This document shows positions 1-10,905 of a stretch of DNA of 64,000 nucleotides, one piece after another. Numbering within the stretch: position 1 is the stretch's first letter; each line of letters begins with the position of its first letter. The DNA lies in NCBI GenBank assembly GCA_030704615.1, contig CM060732.1, forward strand, positions 12,028,001 through 12,092,000. The letters are read 5' to 3'. This DNA is from Takakia lepidozioides. Taxonomy: Eukaryota > Plantae > Bryophyta. The notes beneath the pieces are model-generated. The model was not told the DNA's origin, did no database searches, and saw only the letters and a program-made list of their open reading frames with translations. A program made the translations under genes and the position numbers.

Positions 1-158
1 TTCACTCCAACACACAAACATTTTTCAATTCCGCACTCCGAAGAAATACCGTAGGCAATCCCTAACTGTACTTACGGGAACGCGCAGAGAACTTGAAAAA
101 CAGTATGGGATGGAAGCAAAGCCAAAACACAATTTATTCAGCCTCAGTACTTGAACCG

Positions 159-3100
159 TCAAGAAATATTGGAGGTTTCAGAGGAACCACTGCCAGAGTT
201 AATAGCAATATCATCTATGAATACAGCAGCACATACATGACGTTTTTTTTTTCCACGACCTTTATGGAGATGCGAATACAGTGTTTGTTCGGATAACACC
301 CGTGCGCAAGCTTCCGCGTAAACCGGCAAGCGGTTGGATCTAGGGGGACTCGGGGACATGTAGTATCCTTGGAATCCGAAAGGTGTCTGCTGATTCAATG
401 ACTGGTGCAGAACTCTGGAAAGGAACAAGAGAAATGGTGGCAGATGTTAACATCCAGATATAGACAATGTTACGCAATTTTTTCGAATGGGAACGACACA
501 AGGAAATGCCACATATTTTGAACGACTACAGAAGAACTTACTCACACTCAAAATCGGAGTCAACGTCCAGATCCTCGTCAGGCGCTTCGGGCTCCTCCAG
601 AAGTCCCTCTTTGGATGGGGTAGAAGTAGTGTCCGACTCAAGCTGACGAAGCTCGCTCGAGAAGAGCTCCGTATCAGCTTCCATGCCGAAGAAGTGCCTT
701 CCGGCGCTCTTGCAAGCATGAAAACATGCTCCTGCAAATCCAAGAAGAACGAGAAATGAAAACAGGGTTTCCCTAAGGTTACTGCCCATATGTCAATCAC
801 AATGTAAAGTGCCCCACCTGTGCCCATAGACAAGTCGACCACTCGTCCACCATGACGGCTGCATGTCTCCACCAAAGTCTGCATGAAAGCTGGAGATTTC
901 TCCCGTGCACCTCTCCAAGGGACACCAATCGACCTTTTCATAGTTCGACCCGAGTCCACGTAATTGAAGAGAACATCATCCTCCATAGGCTCGCAGGTGG
1001 GGTCAATATGAGCTGCAAGGTCCCTCATCTGGAACTCAGCAACACCAGGAGGAAGAGTGTCCTTCCGCCTCACCAGGCACAAAGCTTCGAACACCCGTGT
1101 CTGTCAACAATGAGGAAGAGAGCATGAGACAGAAGGCATAACCCAGCATTTTTATTTACCGAAAAAACAACGAAACATGAATTGAAAGGAACCAACTCAC
1201 TTTCTGCCCCGGGAACTCGCCCTTCGTAAGAGGCAGAGTATTGATGCATGTCCAAGTTTTGATGACACGAAACCCGGAGGCTTTCATGTAGCTGAAAAGA
1301 GTTCTTCGAGCCGACATGTCCTTTGACTGCATGAGAAGAAGAGCCCCCGAGTCCGAAAGGAATTTGTTGCTGAACGAGAAAGCCCACTGCCAATAACGAG
1401 AATCCGATTTGTTCCAAGTCGGGGTCGAATTGGAAGGGAACACATCAGGGACGGGATAACCGTCAGGAATGTCCAGCACCACAAGGTCAGTCGCGTATGC
1501 CTGCTGAACTCCATTCACCCATTCCGGTTTTTTTGTCACCTACAGGGAAAAACAGGAGACAGTGTAAGAAGCCCAATCCAAATCGAGCAGGAGATCAATC
1601 CCCTGGAAAAGCCACAACAAGATGCCAAAACACAATTATTCATACAACAGTTTAGACACAAGTGTTTACCTGAGTGAGGAACGAAACAAGCATGTCCCAT
1701 GATTTCGAGGGCACCCCTTTGAATGTGGACTTCCTGGACTCCATCATTGCAAGAAAACTTTCATTCAGCACCCTACGATTGAACTGGCCCAAAACCCTGG
1801 AGGGATGTTCTCTCGCCTCGTAAGGCTGCTCCCTCGACTTTGATGTTCTCCTATCCCTCCTTGCGGGAGAAGGCTCTCTGACAGGAACCTCTGACGGTCC
1901 CTGTCCTTGCGGAGCTGCACTTTTCCCCTTCCCCTTAGGATCCCCGACAGTCTTCCCCTTTCGTTTTGGAGTGGCAGTTCTCTCGGGCTCTTTTGCAGCC
2001 AGAGTAGAAATGATTCTGTCCTGAATGTCTTTGTCTGCCAATGGGGCAATCGCTGCGGCATTGTCGTTCAGGTTTCTCAAAACAACTTCATCGAATGGTG
2101 TGTCCTGTTTTGGCAGGTCGAGGTACCACCCACAGTCTCTGAAGTGCGCCCTGCTCCAGTCTCTGGCAATACCAGCCGTGTACATTGTCTTCTCATTGGA
2201 GGGGTCAGCCCATGAATAGATGAAGTCTGGGTCATCGCTAAGGTACTTTCCCGGTATGAGGATATGATACATATACCTAAATCAAACACCAAAAACCCAG
2301 ACAGTCAGTCAATCGGAAAATGGAAAAGAACAGACATTCAGAAGAAGATATTGAAATAAAGGAAGGGAACACCTGGTAATCAACTTTTGCTGTCCAGAAT
2401 CAACCTTGCGTTGACGCAATGTTGATTCGAGCAGAAATGGGAAACACCTAGTGGTTACGCTGTATTGATAGAGACAACGACTGACAAGTGCAATACAACA
2501 TTGCGTCAACGCAATGTTGTTTTCACACATAGATGAAATGGGGAACAATGCCTGAAAACCACCATCTGACTATGTACTGCTATGGATATTCAACATTGCG
2601 TTGGCGCAATGCTGAATTCCTCTGTTGAAACAAACATTGATAATATATCTGATAATCGAAAGTCTCCTACAATTGCATGGAAGTTGGGGGATGCACAGGG
2701 ACATTTCCATCAATCCATACCGCCAAACAACCTTGCGTCAACGCAAGTCTGTTTGTTGGCATAGTGAAAGCTGAAAATAGCATTTGAAATAGACTCCAAA
2801 CATTGTTATGTTCAAGTTGAAAGAATTGGATCTGGATTTGAACTGCCCCAAACCAGAGGAAAAGGTACATAGTCTGCGTCTCATCAACATTGCGTTGACG
2901 CAAGGCTGATTTTCCTGTCCATTCACCCCCATTCACATGCAATAAAACGCTAGTATGGGATACCCAGATATAGGTAAGTGAAACCAGGACCATGGTCAAC
3001 GCAATGTTGCTGGACAGCACATTCAGAGCCCCCAGAGATCCCTCAAAGCCACGCAAATTCGCAAATCTGAAAGTATGACAGAAGATTGCAGATGCATGCC

Positions 3101-6000
3101 CTTCAAGTACCACAATTGAGTAAGGAGATCACACCTGTACAACACTCGTTTCATTGCTTGCTCGCTGTTCAGCTGGTTTTTGAACTCGTACGATCTGGAG
3201 ATTCCTTTGTCTTTTTCAAACTCCCTGAAGAAGCAATTGTTCCAGACAGCGAGCTTCCACCTCCTGATATAGGCCTCCAGTGTGATCCGGGGGCAAGCCA
3301 TCTGGATTTTGTAGTCTGCCATCGACTCAGCAAGTGCAGCCACTGCACGTTTTTCTAACTGCATCAAGAAAGCTTGTAAGACATTTGGAGAGGTTGGGAG
3401 CGGAATTACGGAGCAACACACATGTCTGAAAATGGTTTGGTGGTATCCTTACCTGGCTCCAAAATGTGGCTTTGTGTAGCCACTGGTCGAATGTCTGGTC
3501 GCTTACAACTTTTATTGCTTGTGTCTTCGGGTCTCTCTCTGGAGTTGGAAACATATTCGTGTCTCTCACAAGAGGATCCGAGTTCCATATCTCCAACCAC
3601 CTGATTTTCGTTGCATTGTCCACCATTGAAATGGAAAGGCGATGTAGTTTCTCCTGAGTCATTTCTGGCTTGGAGCCAAACTTGTCATAGTGCACTTTCA
3701 CCTGCTCCAGAAATTCTGTGCCAAGCCCTGGATCTGCTATCCTGATTTGTTTGTCGAATGCACTCATGAGATTCTTCCTTTGATTATTCATCTCGAACTT
3801 CATCGTGTCCTCAAGCCCAGATGCAGACCGCTGCTCTTCAGTGTGGGAATCATAGTACTCAGCTTTCGCCTTCAAGCCAGTTTCTGCTATTTCTTGCTGC
3901 ATACATTGCAGGTAAAAAGAATGAAACACTGTCAGTACTTGTGAGAAAATAGTAACAACAGGTAGTGTCAAGAAGCTTGCAGTGTCAAAAAGCAAGCAGT
4001 GTCAAGAAGCTTACAGTGTACATGTAGTCAAGGAAAGCCTCTCTTGTCAAGCTATACCATGTGCTTGTCTTCTTCTCAGCACACCTCTTCATCTGCTGTG
4101 GACTAAGCACGTTTGTGAATGACTCCAGTGGCATCAGCCCTACCTTCTGGATGCGGAATAGAGTGTGGCACAGATTGGTGGTCACATGAGATGTTTCGTT
4201 GGACCTGGAAAAACCGTCAACTCATAAGATGATTTCTAATTGTCGAAACGAGGAACAGACACAAAGATGGAGACTTACTTATTTATGTCGTGCATGGCTG
4301 TCAAGAGCTGCGTGACATGCCCTTTGTGATCCAGAACCATGGAAACCACGCTCCAGTGCCATTCGATGTCGTCAGAGTGCATGCTTGAAATGTAATCCAT
4401 CCAGGCAAGCAGTCTGTGGTTCCCATCCCAGACAAAAAACATCTTCCCCATGAATGCTTTTGTGGAGGTCTTCTTCGACAGCTTGAACTCGAACTCCCTG
4501 TTCACATCCCGCCAGCATTCATCCCAACTTTGCTCAATGTCCTCTGTTACAAGACACTCCTCTCCTTTTGTGTTCATAGTGGATACGTAGAACACTGCTG
4601 ATCCCTTCACATAGCCGTGAACAAAGTCGTTCTTCAACTTTGTTATATCATTCCTCAATGCCGGTCGAACAGCGGGCATGGAGATCATCCTGCAAAGCGG
4701 AATGACCAGGTTTCCGCCGGGAACCTCCATCGACAGAATCACCTTCGACGAGTTCACTTTTTGCCCACCCATTATCTCCTCGGCCTTGTCTTCATAGTGT
4801 CCCTCCAGTGACTCTTCATCACCTTCACCTTCTGAAGCGGCCAAATCTTCCCCCTCGGCTTTCCTTTTTCTTTTCCTCTGCACAGAATTAATAATCTGTG
4901 AGTGTGAGATTGAGCTCCCATGCATCAACCTTGCTTTGACGCAAGGTTGATTGATGGGGAAGTAACTTAGACTGAAAGGCATACAGGAAAGACGTTTGGA
5001 CCCAAATTATGTTTTGCGTTGACGCAGGGTTCTTTTGGGAGCCTCGAAGAATGAACTTTCCCTACCTTACAGTGAGGAGAGTGGGATATCGGACGCATCC
5101 ATTGTGCAAAGCTATCATGAAAACCAGCCTTGCGTCAACGCAAGGTTGATTCCTGTGCAGCCTCTGTTGGTTTCACTACAAGCTCTAAACATACAATATG
5201 CAGGTTGGGATCAACCTTGCGTTGACGCAAGGTTGATTGCGAGCTGTCTTATCGGGGTTCAGCAAAGCAAAAATGTACAGTAAATGGAGACTCCTGTCTC
5301 TGCTTCGTCTTTGAAATCCATGATGCGTCGGAAGCATCCATGTCTCTCTACCTTGATTGTAGTGCAGTTTCTACACTGTTTAAAGCCCAGCAAAAAAGCA
5401 TTGAGGTCGACTTCAACCTTGCGTTGACGCAAGGTTGATGTCCACCTCAATGCTTAGCATGAAACAGTACAGATTGTGGTGCAGTATCTGCACTGATTTG
5501 AGCCCAGCAAATACACTTTGGAGGTCGACTTCAACCTTGCGTTGACGCAAGGTTGATGTCGTCCTCAATGCTTAGCATGAAACAGAGAGAGAAAAAGACA
5601 GAAACAGAGAGAGAAAAAGAAAGTTCGTAGCTACCTGGGGTTTCTGCTTTGCACTTGATGATGCTCCTGTCGCGTTCAATTTTTCCATGCGGTCTTCAGG
5701 TAGCATGCTTCCAAGGAGGTCGCGATGGTGCGAAACAGGGGCAGACGGCCGCGTTCCTACGTCCGTTTGTTCTCCCTGGTCTTTGAAGGCCAGGTTCTGT
5801 ACACTCACTGCTTCCTCCCGAGCCCAACTTACTTCCTCCTCATCCCCTCCTTCGATTGCAGGTTGCTCGTCTGTCGCCTCCTGGATCACTTCAAGACCTT
5901 CCTCTCCACACTGCGGTTGCCGTATCCTCTTTTGCCCTTCCTCTTCCTCATCTCGCGGGGTTTCTTCTCCCATTCTAAGCTCCCGTCTCGCCTTTCTCAT
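159..6000 (-). CDS. Transposon-borne ParB/Srx-like domain + beta-class amino-DNA-methyltransferase-like fusion protein, 10 exons, ~1173 aa
   Basis: Hand-spliced exons, all GT-AG and phase-consistent: 6000-5635, 4877-4279, 4204-4015, 3896-3453, 3358-3111, 2276-1670, 1539-1201, 1100-818, 731-542, 414-159 (3522 nt, no internal stop). Exon 2 has FFVWDGNHRLLAW (ParB/Srx G-x-x-R motif). Exon 7 has DLVVLDIPDG (motif IV-like). Exons 8-9 give REKSPAFMQTLVETCSRHGGRVVDLSMGTGACFHACKSAGRHFFGMEAD (motifs X-I-II). The start codon and last exon are the least certain parts. Confidence 0.75.
2401..3009. repeat. Cluster of six 24-bp palindromes (CAACCTTGCGT-TG/CA-ACGCAAGGTTG) in intron 5 of the ParB-MTase gene
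   Basis: Copies start at 2401, 2496, 2591, 2728, 2885 and ~2987 (partial). Confidence 0.9.
4926..5555. repeat. Cluster of six 24-bp palindromes of the same family in intron 1 of the ParB-MTase gene
   Basis: Copies start at 4926, ~5008 (degenerate), 5125, 5212, 5414 and 5532. The last two lie in a ~118-bp tandem duplication. Confidence 0.9.
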
Positions 6001-6272
6001 CCTCTCCTTAGCGCGTGCCCTTTCCTTGTTTGACGTGAAATACAGTGTTCTTCGACGCCTGCTTCTCCCTCGAAGTAGGGACACCGTCTCTGCGGAATCC
6101 AGGGTTGCAAAGAAAATGAGTTACTCAGGAAAAACGAACACTATCTGAGGTTCATCGCGGGGCCTTCAACGCCAAGATGTTCGCTCGGACCGTTCAGTGC
6201 GCCACCGACTCAATCCACATGCATGGCGAACACGTGTCTATGTAGTCGTTATGTAAAACGGCCGGAATTATT

Positions 6273-6436
6273 GAAACATCATCCTTCCAAAAATGTAATC
6301 GGGGTATCTCTACCCCTATGTTTAACGGCGGAGATCAATGAATCATCATCCTTACAAAATTCGTTGGGGTCTAACCCTATGTATAACGGCAGATATCATT
6401 CAAACATCATCCATCCAAAAATCGTTAGGGTGTAAT
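6273..6436. repeat. Degenerate ~65-bp tandem repeat (about 2.5 units) in the divergent intergenic region
   Basis: Recurring CATCATCC...AAAAT...GGGGT...ACCCTATGT.TAACGGC units. Confidence 0.6.
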
Positions 6437-6745
6437 CGACTCTCATCTGAAAAAATTCATTGTTGGGTAATTTAGGGTGGAATGTTCCAGAGGAATGAGA
6501 ATTATATTCAGTTGTGCAGCGGTGCAGTCGCCGTCAAAATTTAATGGAAATGGGCATCTCTTCTGGCCTCCCTGACATGACAACGACATTGGCGGCTCTG
6601 TCAGTGAATCTGTCAGCTATTGCACTGGTGGGGCAATTCTGAGAGAACAATTGTGTATGAGGACGCCAAAACTCCACTCTCACACAACCTGCATTCAGAA
6701 GCACCATCGGACTTTGAACTGTACTTTCTGTAGCAACATCGACAT

Positions 6746-9700
6746 ATGGCTTCCCAGGCTGTGGGCTCCCTTGACGCGGACTTCTTCAGTGACGACCACC
6801 CTGTTCCATTTTCTTACGAGGTGGAAGATGATGGTTTTGCGGTGGTTCATGAACTCGTCCTCGCAACGCAGTTTCGGTTGGAAAATGGTAGTCTATTCCT
6901 TCAGAGGGAAGTGTACGATGCCAATGGAAAACTGCTCAAGTACGCATTCCAGAAACCATCGCAAACTGCACCAACCACGCAATGGAGAGTGCCTCCAGGC
7001 AGATACAGGGTGCTCAGTGCTCCTCTGAGACAGTCTGCAGGATCGTTCGTAACTCCTGGCACGGCAGCATCAGTGGCCCAGGAGAAGACACCAGTGGTTG
7101 TGAAGAAGGAGGCGACTGCCGTTAACACTGTAGTTGACCTTTCGGACTCATCCTCCGATGACACATGTGCAATTCCGCCTGTGGATCAGCCATGTCCACA
7201 TGTAGAACCAGATGTGGAGGAGATCTCCAGTGTCATTCCTAAATTGAAAGCGATGGGTGGGATGGCAGGATTCAAGAGTGAGTTGAGGGGGATAGACTGG
7301 AGCACTTTCAATATTGAAAGGGTGGCATTCTTGCCGGAATCGTTTGATGGTAATACTGTTTTTGAGCTGCCTCCTCCTGGTCGCGTGGGGGGGATTTCCA
7401 GTCTCCTGGAAGGAATGGACAAAAAGCACGATGGGCACCCTTGGTGCCGCACAAAAACATCCAATATTCACAACAACGACAACCTCATATTCAGGCGAAC
7501 AGTCTGTAATGGGCACCTGAAATGCGAGAACATGAAATGCAGACACTTCGCATTGTCAGGTGTGCAAAACCAAAGCGAATGGGATGGAGTCAGTGAGAAT
7601 CCATTCAAGCCTGGGGTAACACCACCATACAGTAACACTTTTGTGTGCAAGTTCTGTAGGGTACCACCTTGCTGCCTTGCTTTGTGTGGCGCCAGAATGT
7701 ATTATGTGGTGCATCGATTCAAAAACCTGACTAGAGCCTGTGTCCATTTCGGTTTTCACAACCACCCTGTGTCCAAGGGGGATTATAGGGAGAGCGTTGA
7801 CACAGTCTCTCGTCTGATAAGGCAAGAGTTGGATACCAATCCAACTGGCACCACATCTGCAATTGCCATGGGGGCGAGCAAGTCCTTTCTGGAAAGCCGT
7901 ATTCTGTGTGCATCAAATTCGGTTGGAGGAATGCTGGAAGGACCAGCTTTGGACACTGTTATGGACCATTTCTCTGCTTTGACTTCTCCAAACATTAGGA
8001 ATCAGGTGAACGCTTTAAGAATGGGCTCTGGGAGCCGAGGTTATATGGACAATATTATGGATTTGAAGAAAAGGAGCATGTACGACTACATCCAAGACAG
8101 CGTTTTCCCGGGACAAGGAGCCAGGAAAGTGTTCTTGTTCAAAATGTCCACAAAAGGTGAGGGCAGCGGGGTCAGCCTGGTTAAACGTATGCAGAAGGGT
8201 GGCGATCTTGGCAACTGCTTCCTTATGTTCGATCATGTCAAGAGAGTTAAAGACTGGACCACAATGGCATGTCATGTTTACGACCCTGTGTACCAGCGGG
8301 TCATGACAATTGCAGTGTGTGACATGCAGTCAGAGGACACAGATTCACAGCAGCTCATGTGGGAAGCTCTCATTCGTGTTATGGCCTCCAATGGTCTCCC
8401 ATCTCCCAATTTCGTTGGTTTCATGGCCGATAGTGCTCAAGCTAACTTCAACGCTGTCCGCATTGTGTTCGGGTCGGGAGATCCAAAAGTGCCAATGCCT
8501 GGAAGAGAACGTACGTGTCTTTTCCATTGGACACAATCCCTCGACAAACACACAAAGACGTACATCAAGCCAGATATGCAGAGTATGCATCGTCAACTGT
8601 GCAAACAGTACAAAGACGCCAAAACTATGGGGGAAGCGAATACATTGTTCCAGACAATTCGTGCCTGGTGGTACTCATCTGGAGCGGCATCGGAGGACAG
8701 CATGAGGGCACTGCAAGACTGGTTCGCATTTTGGCACTTCCGTTACCGACAGTGGGGAGCGGCCATGACAACGGTGAGTGGTTTGCATTCAAAAGTTTGT
8801 TTGGGTGCTTCCAATATATCTTTCAGGGTCCAACTCTAATATGGGCTTTGTGTTTTTTTGCCTTGCAGCATATGTCCATTGAGGAGATGGCGGACATGCC
8901 TTCTTGCAATCTTGCGGAGACAGTGCACAATGCCTGGTTGCAGCAATCCGGCAAAAAAGGGAGAGATTTGTATGCAGCGACGGCCGATGACCTTATTCGT
9001 GCTCTACAGCAGCAAACCAGATACAGGTCATTCTTGAGGGGTGGCCTTGGTGGCAAAGGTCCGGACAGGAGCGAGTTGATGTTGCGGGCAGCTGGAAGAT
9101 CAGGGGATCCTAGCAAAATAGCGCGGGCAGTGAGCATATGTGCAGATGGCACCCCTCTCGTGGGAAGAGTTCCCCATCTGGAAGGCGAAGAGAGATTCGG
9201 GTCTTGCAAACGGAAATTGGACACCCCTCCGGGATCGGATGCAGATTCCCATAGGGCGGACAGGGTCAACTTCTCGACGCCACGTGTTCCCTTGGATCAG
9301 AGATGGAATTGCGGAACATCCACAGGTGAGGGCTACTCTGCCCCAGACCGGACCCCTGCATCAAGCACTGTCACTGCAATGGTTGAAGACCAGAACGTGG
9401 TGTCGCATATAATCGAGTCTGAGGGCTTGGACGATGTTTGGCATATAGAACGCACAAGTGCTGGATCGCGTGTGAAATGCGCGGCGATCAGGGCCACCAA
9501 TCATGAAAAATGTACATCATTAATATCCAGAGGGAAAGAACGCACTGCAGCTCCTACATTCACGGGTTTGTTTCTCCCTTACGGACAAGGCGAGGCAAAG
9601 AACCACAAGTTTTGGTTCTGCGCTGACGATTGTGGGAGATGTGTGCATGGGACAGTGAGGCCTTCCGTGGTAAGGAAGCCTACTCCACCAACCGTGTGGC

Positions 9701-10251
9701 CTGTGAAGATGGGCACAGGTCTCACTCATCGAGAGATTGCAATGCTGGAAGAGGCGGGTTTCTCCCTAGCCAGACATTCCATTGCACGTGAAGGTGCTTC
9801 AAGTGGAAGCGGTTCACGGGTACCTCCGCCTGACGCTCACTTGTGGCCAACCAGACGGAACGGGAAGCTTGTTCGACGATTCCCTCCAACCGCAGAACAC
9901 TACGGCAAAATTGAGTCCGCCAGAATGCTTCACGCTCGTGTTGCGGGAACAATGGAAGTGCCTGATCCAGGGTATGGTCGGGTCTTCACCATGATCTCAT
10001 CCGCATCTGCGCTGCAGGACAGGACGTACGAAATCACTGTTTCCAATTTTCCCAATTGTACATGTCCAGATTTTGTTGGTATGCTTTCAAGTAGTTTGGG
10101 AAAGAGAGGGAAGTTCATACCGTGCAAACACCTTTACTTCGTCTTCTTGAGAAGGATGGTTTGTGATCCAAAGCGCGACTTCTTCATTCACCAAGCCACT
10201 ATGAGTTTCAACGAAGTCAACACACTTCTACAGCGGGATACAAGCCCATAA
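6746..10251 (+). CDS. Mutator-like (MULE) DDE transposase with N-terminal GCM/WRKY-like Zn domain and C-terminal SWIM finger, 2 exons, ~1136 aa
   Basis: Exons 6746-8773 and 8869-10251 (GTGAGT...TTGCAG intron, phase 0). Catalytic-like motifs FLMFDHVK, GFMADSAQA, CLFHW and NLAETVHNAW; SWIM CTCPDF...PCKH; Cys/His-rich WCRTKTSN...CNGHLKCENMKC...HFGFHNHP. Confidence 0.8.
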
Positions 10252-10432
10252 AAATCGGTGTTTTCCTTGACTACAACTTGTAATGGAATGACTGTTCAAG
10301 TCCAGTGGCTCTCAATGTATGACGTCTAACATATTTGCTATGCGTGGGTCAATGCATTTGTCGCATTGGTTTGTCATTCTCTTTTCATTAGCAAACAGAA
10401 GAAACTACCTTCAGATAGACAGATGATCAAAT

Positions 10433-10666
10433 CAACCTCGTCTCAACACGAGGTTTACTTGAAGTTCTCCAAATCCTCCTTGTGTTGACACAAGGATGAT
10501 TTTAGTTCTCAAAAAACAACATCGTGTCAACACGAAGTTCATTTTTGTTCCAGGAAAACAACCTTGTGTTAACACGAGGTTTTGTTGAAGTTCTCCAAAT
10601 CCCCCTTGTGTCGACACGAGGTTCATTTCAGTTCTACGAAATGAAGCTCCTGTTAACAGAAGGTTG
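10433..10666. repeat. 42-bp-period tandem array of six palindromes downstream of the transposase
   Basis: Palindrome variants (e.g. CAACCTTGTGTTAACACGAGGTT) start at 10433, 10475, 10517, 10559, 10601 and 10643, separated by related 18-bp linkers containing GTTC. Confidence 0.85.
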
Positions 10667-10905
10667 AACTCCAGAAGCCCAAAACCCTTCATCCGTTTCA
10701 CCTTCATGTGGTGAAATCAGCAGTTGGGGGCTCCACGGTTATAGGCCCACCTTCTTTGTGGTGACGTGGCATGACCTGGACCAGGCTCACGCCACGTCAG
10801 CATTAGCGCCATGTCAGCAGCGTGAGCGTAGGCTCACGCCACGTCATCATTGTGTGAGCGTACGCTCACACGCTCACGCGCCAGGCTCACGCGGTAGCGT
10901 CGTTG

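Larger units (their letters stand above)
1..10904. mobile_element. Apparently intact Mutator-like DNA transposon with two divergent genes; left end probably outside the window
   Basis: Head-to-head transposase and ParB-MTase gene. The same palindrome family occurs on both sides of the transposase. A repeat-rich putative terminus lies at ~10770-10904. TIR and TSD cannot be verified because the other end is not visible. Confidence 0.6.

Noticed and set aside
2401-5555. Intronic palindromes as a CRISPR array or independent MITEs
   Set aside because: Spacing is irregular, no TSDs are visible, and the copies are too short for MITEs.
8515-8868. Overlapping ORFs or programmed frameshift in the transposase
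   Set aside because: Explained by a canonical 95-bp GT-AG intron (8774-8868).
10433-10666. CRISPR-like array (palindromic repeats with spacers)
   Set aside because: The linkers are only 18 bp and resemble each other, the repeats are degenerate, there are no cas genes and the context is eukaryotic. It is a tandem repeat.
1-10904. Bacterial or phage contamination as the source of the ParB-MTase
   Set aside because: The gene has nine predicted spliceosomal introns, lies beside a eukaryotic transposase and is contiguous with plant genes.
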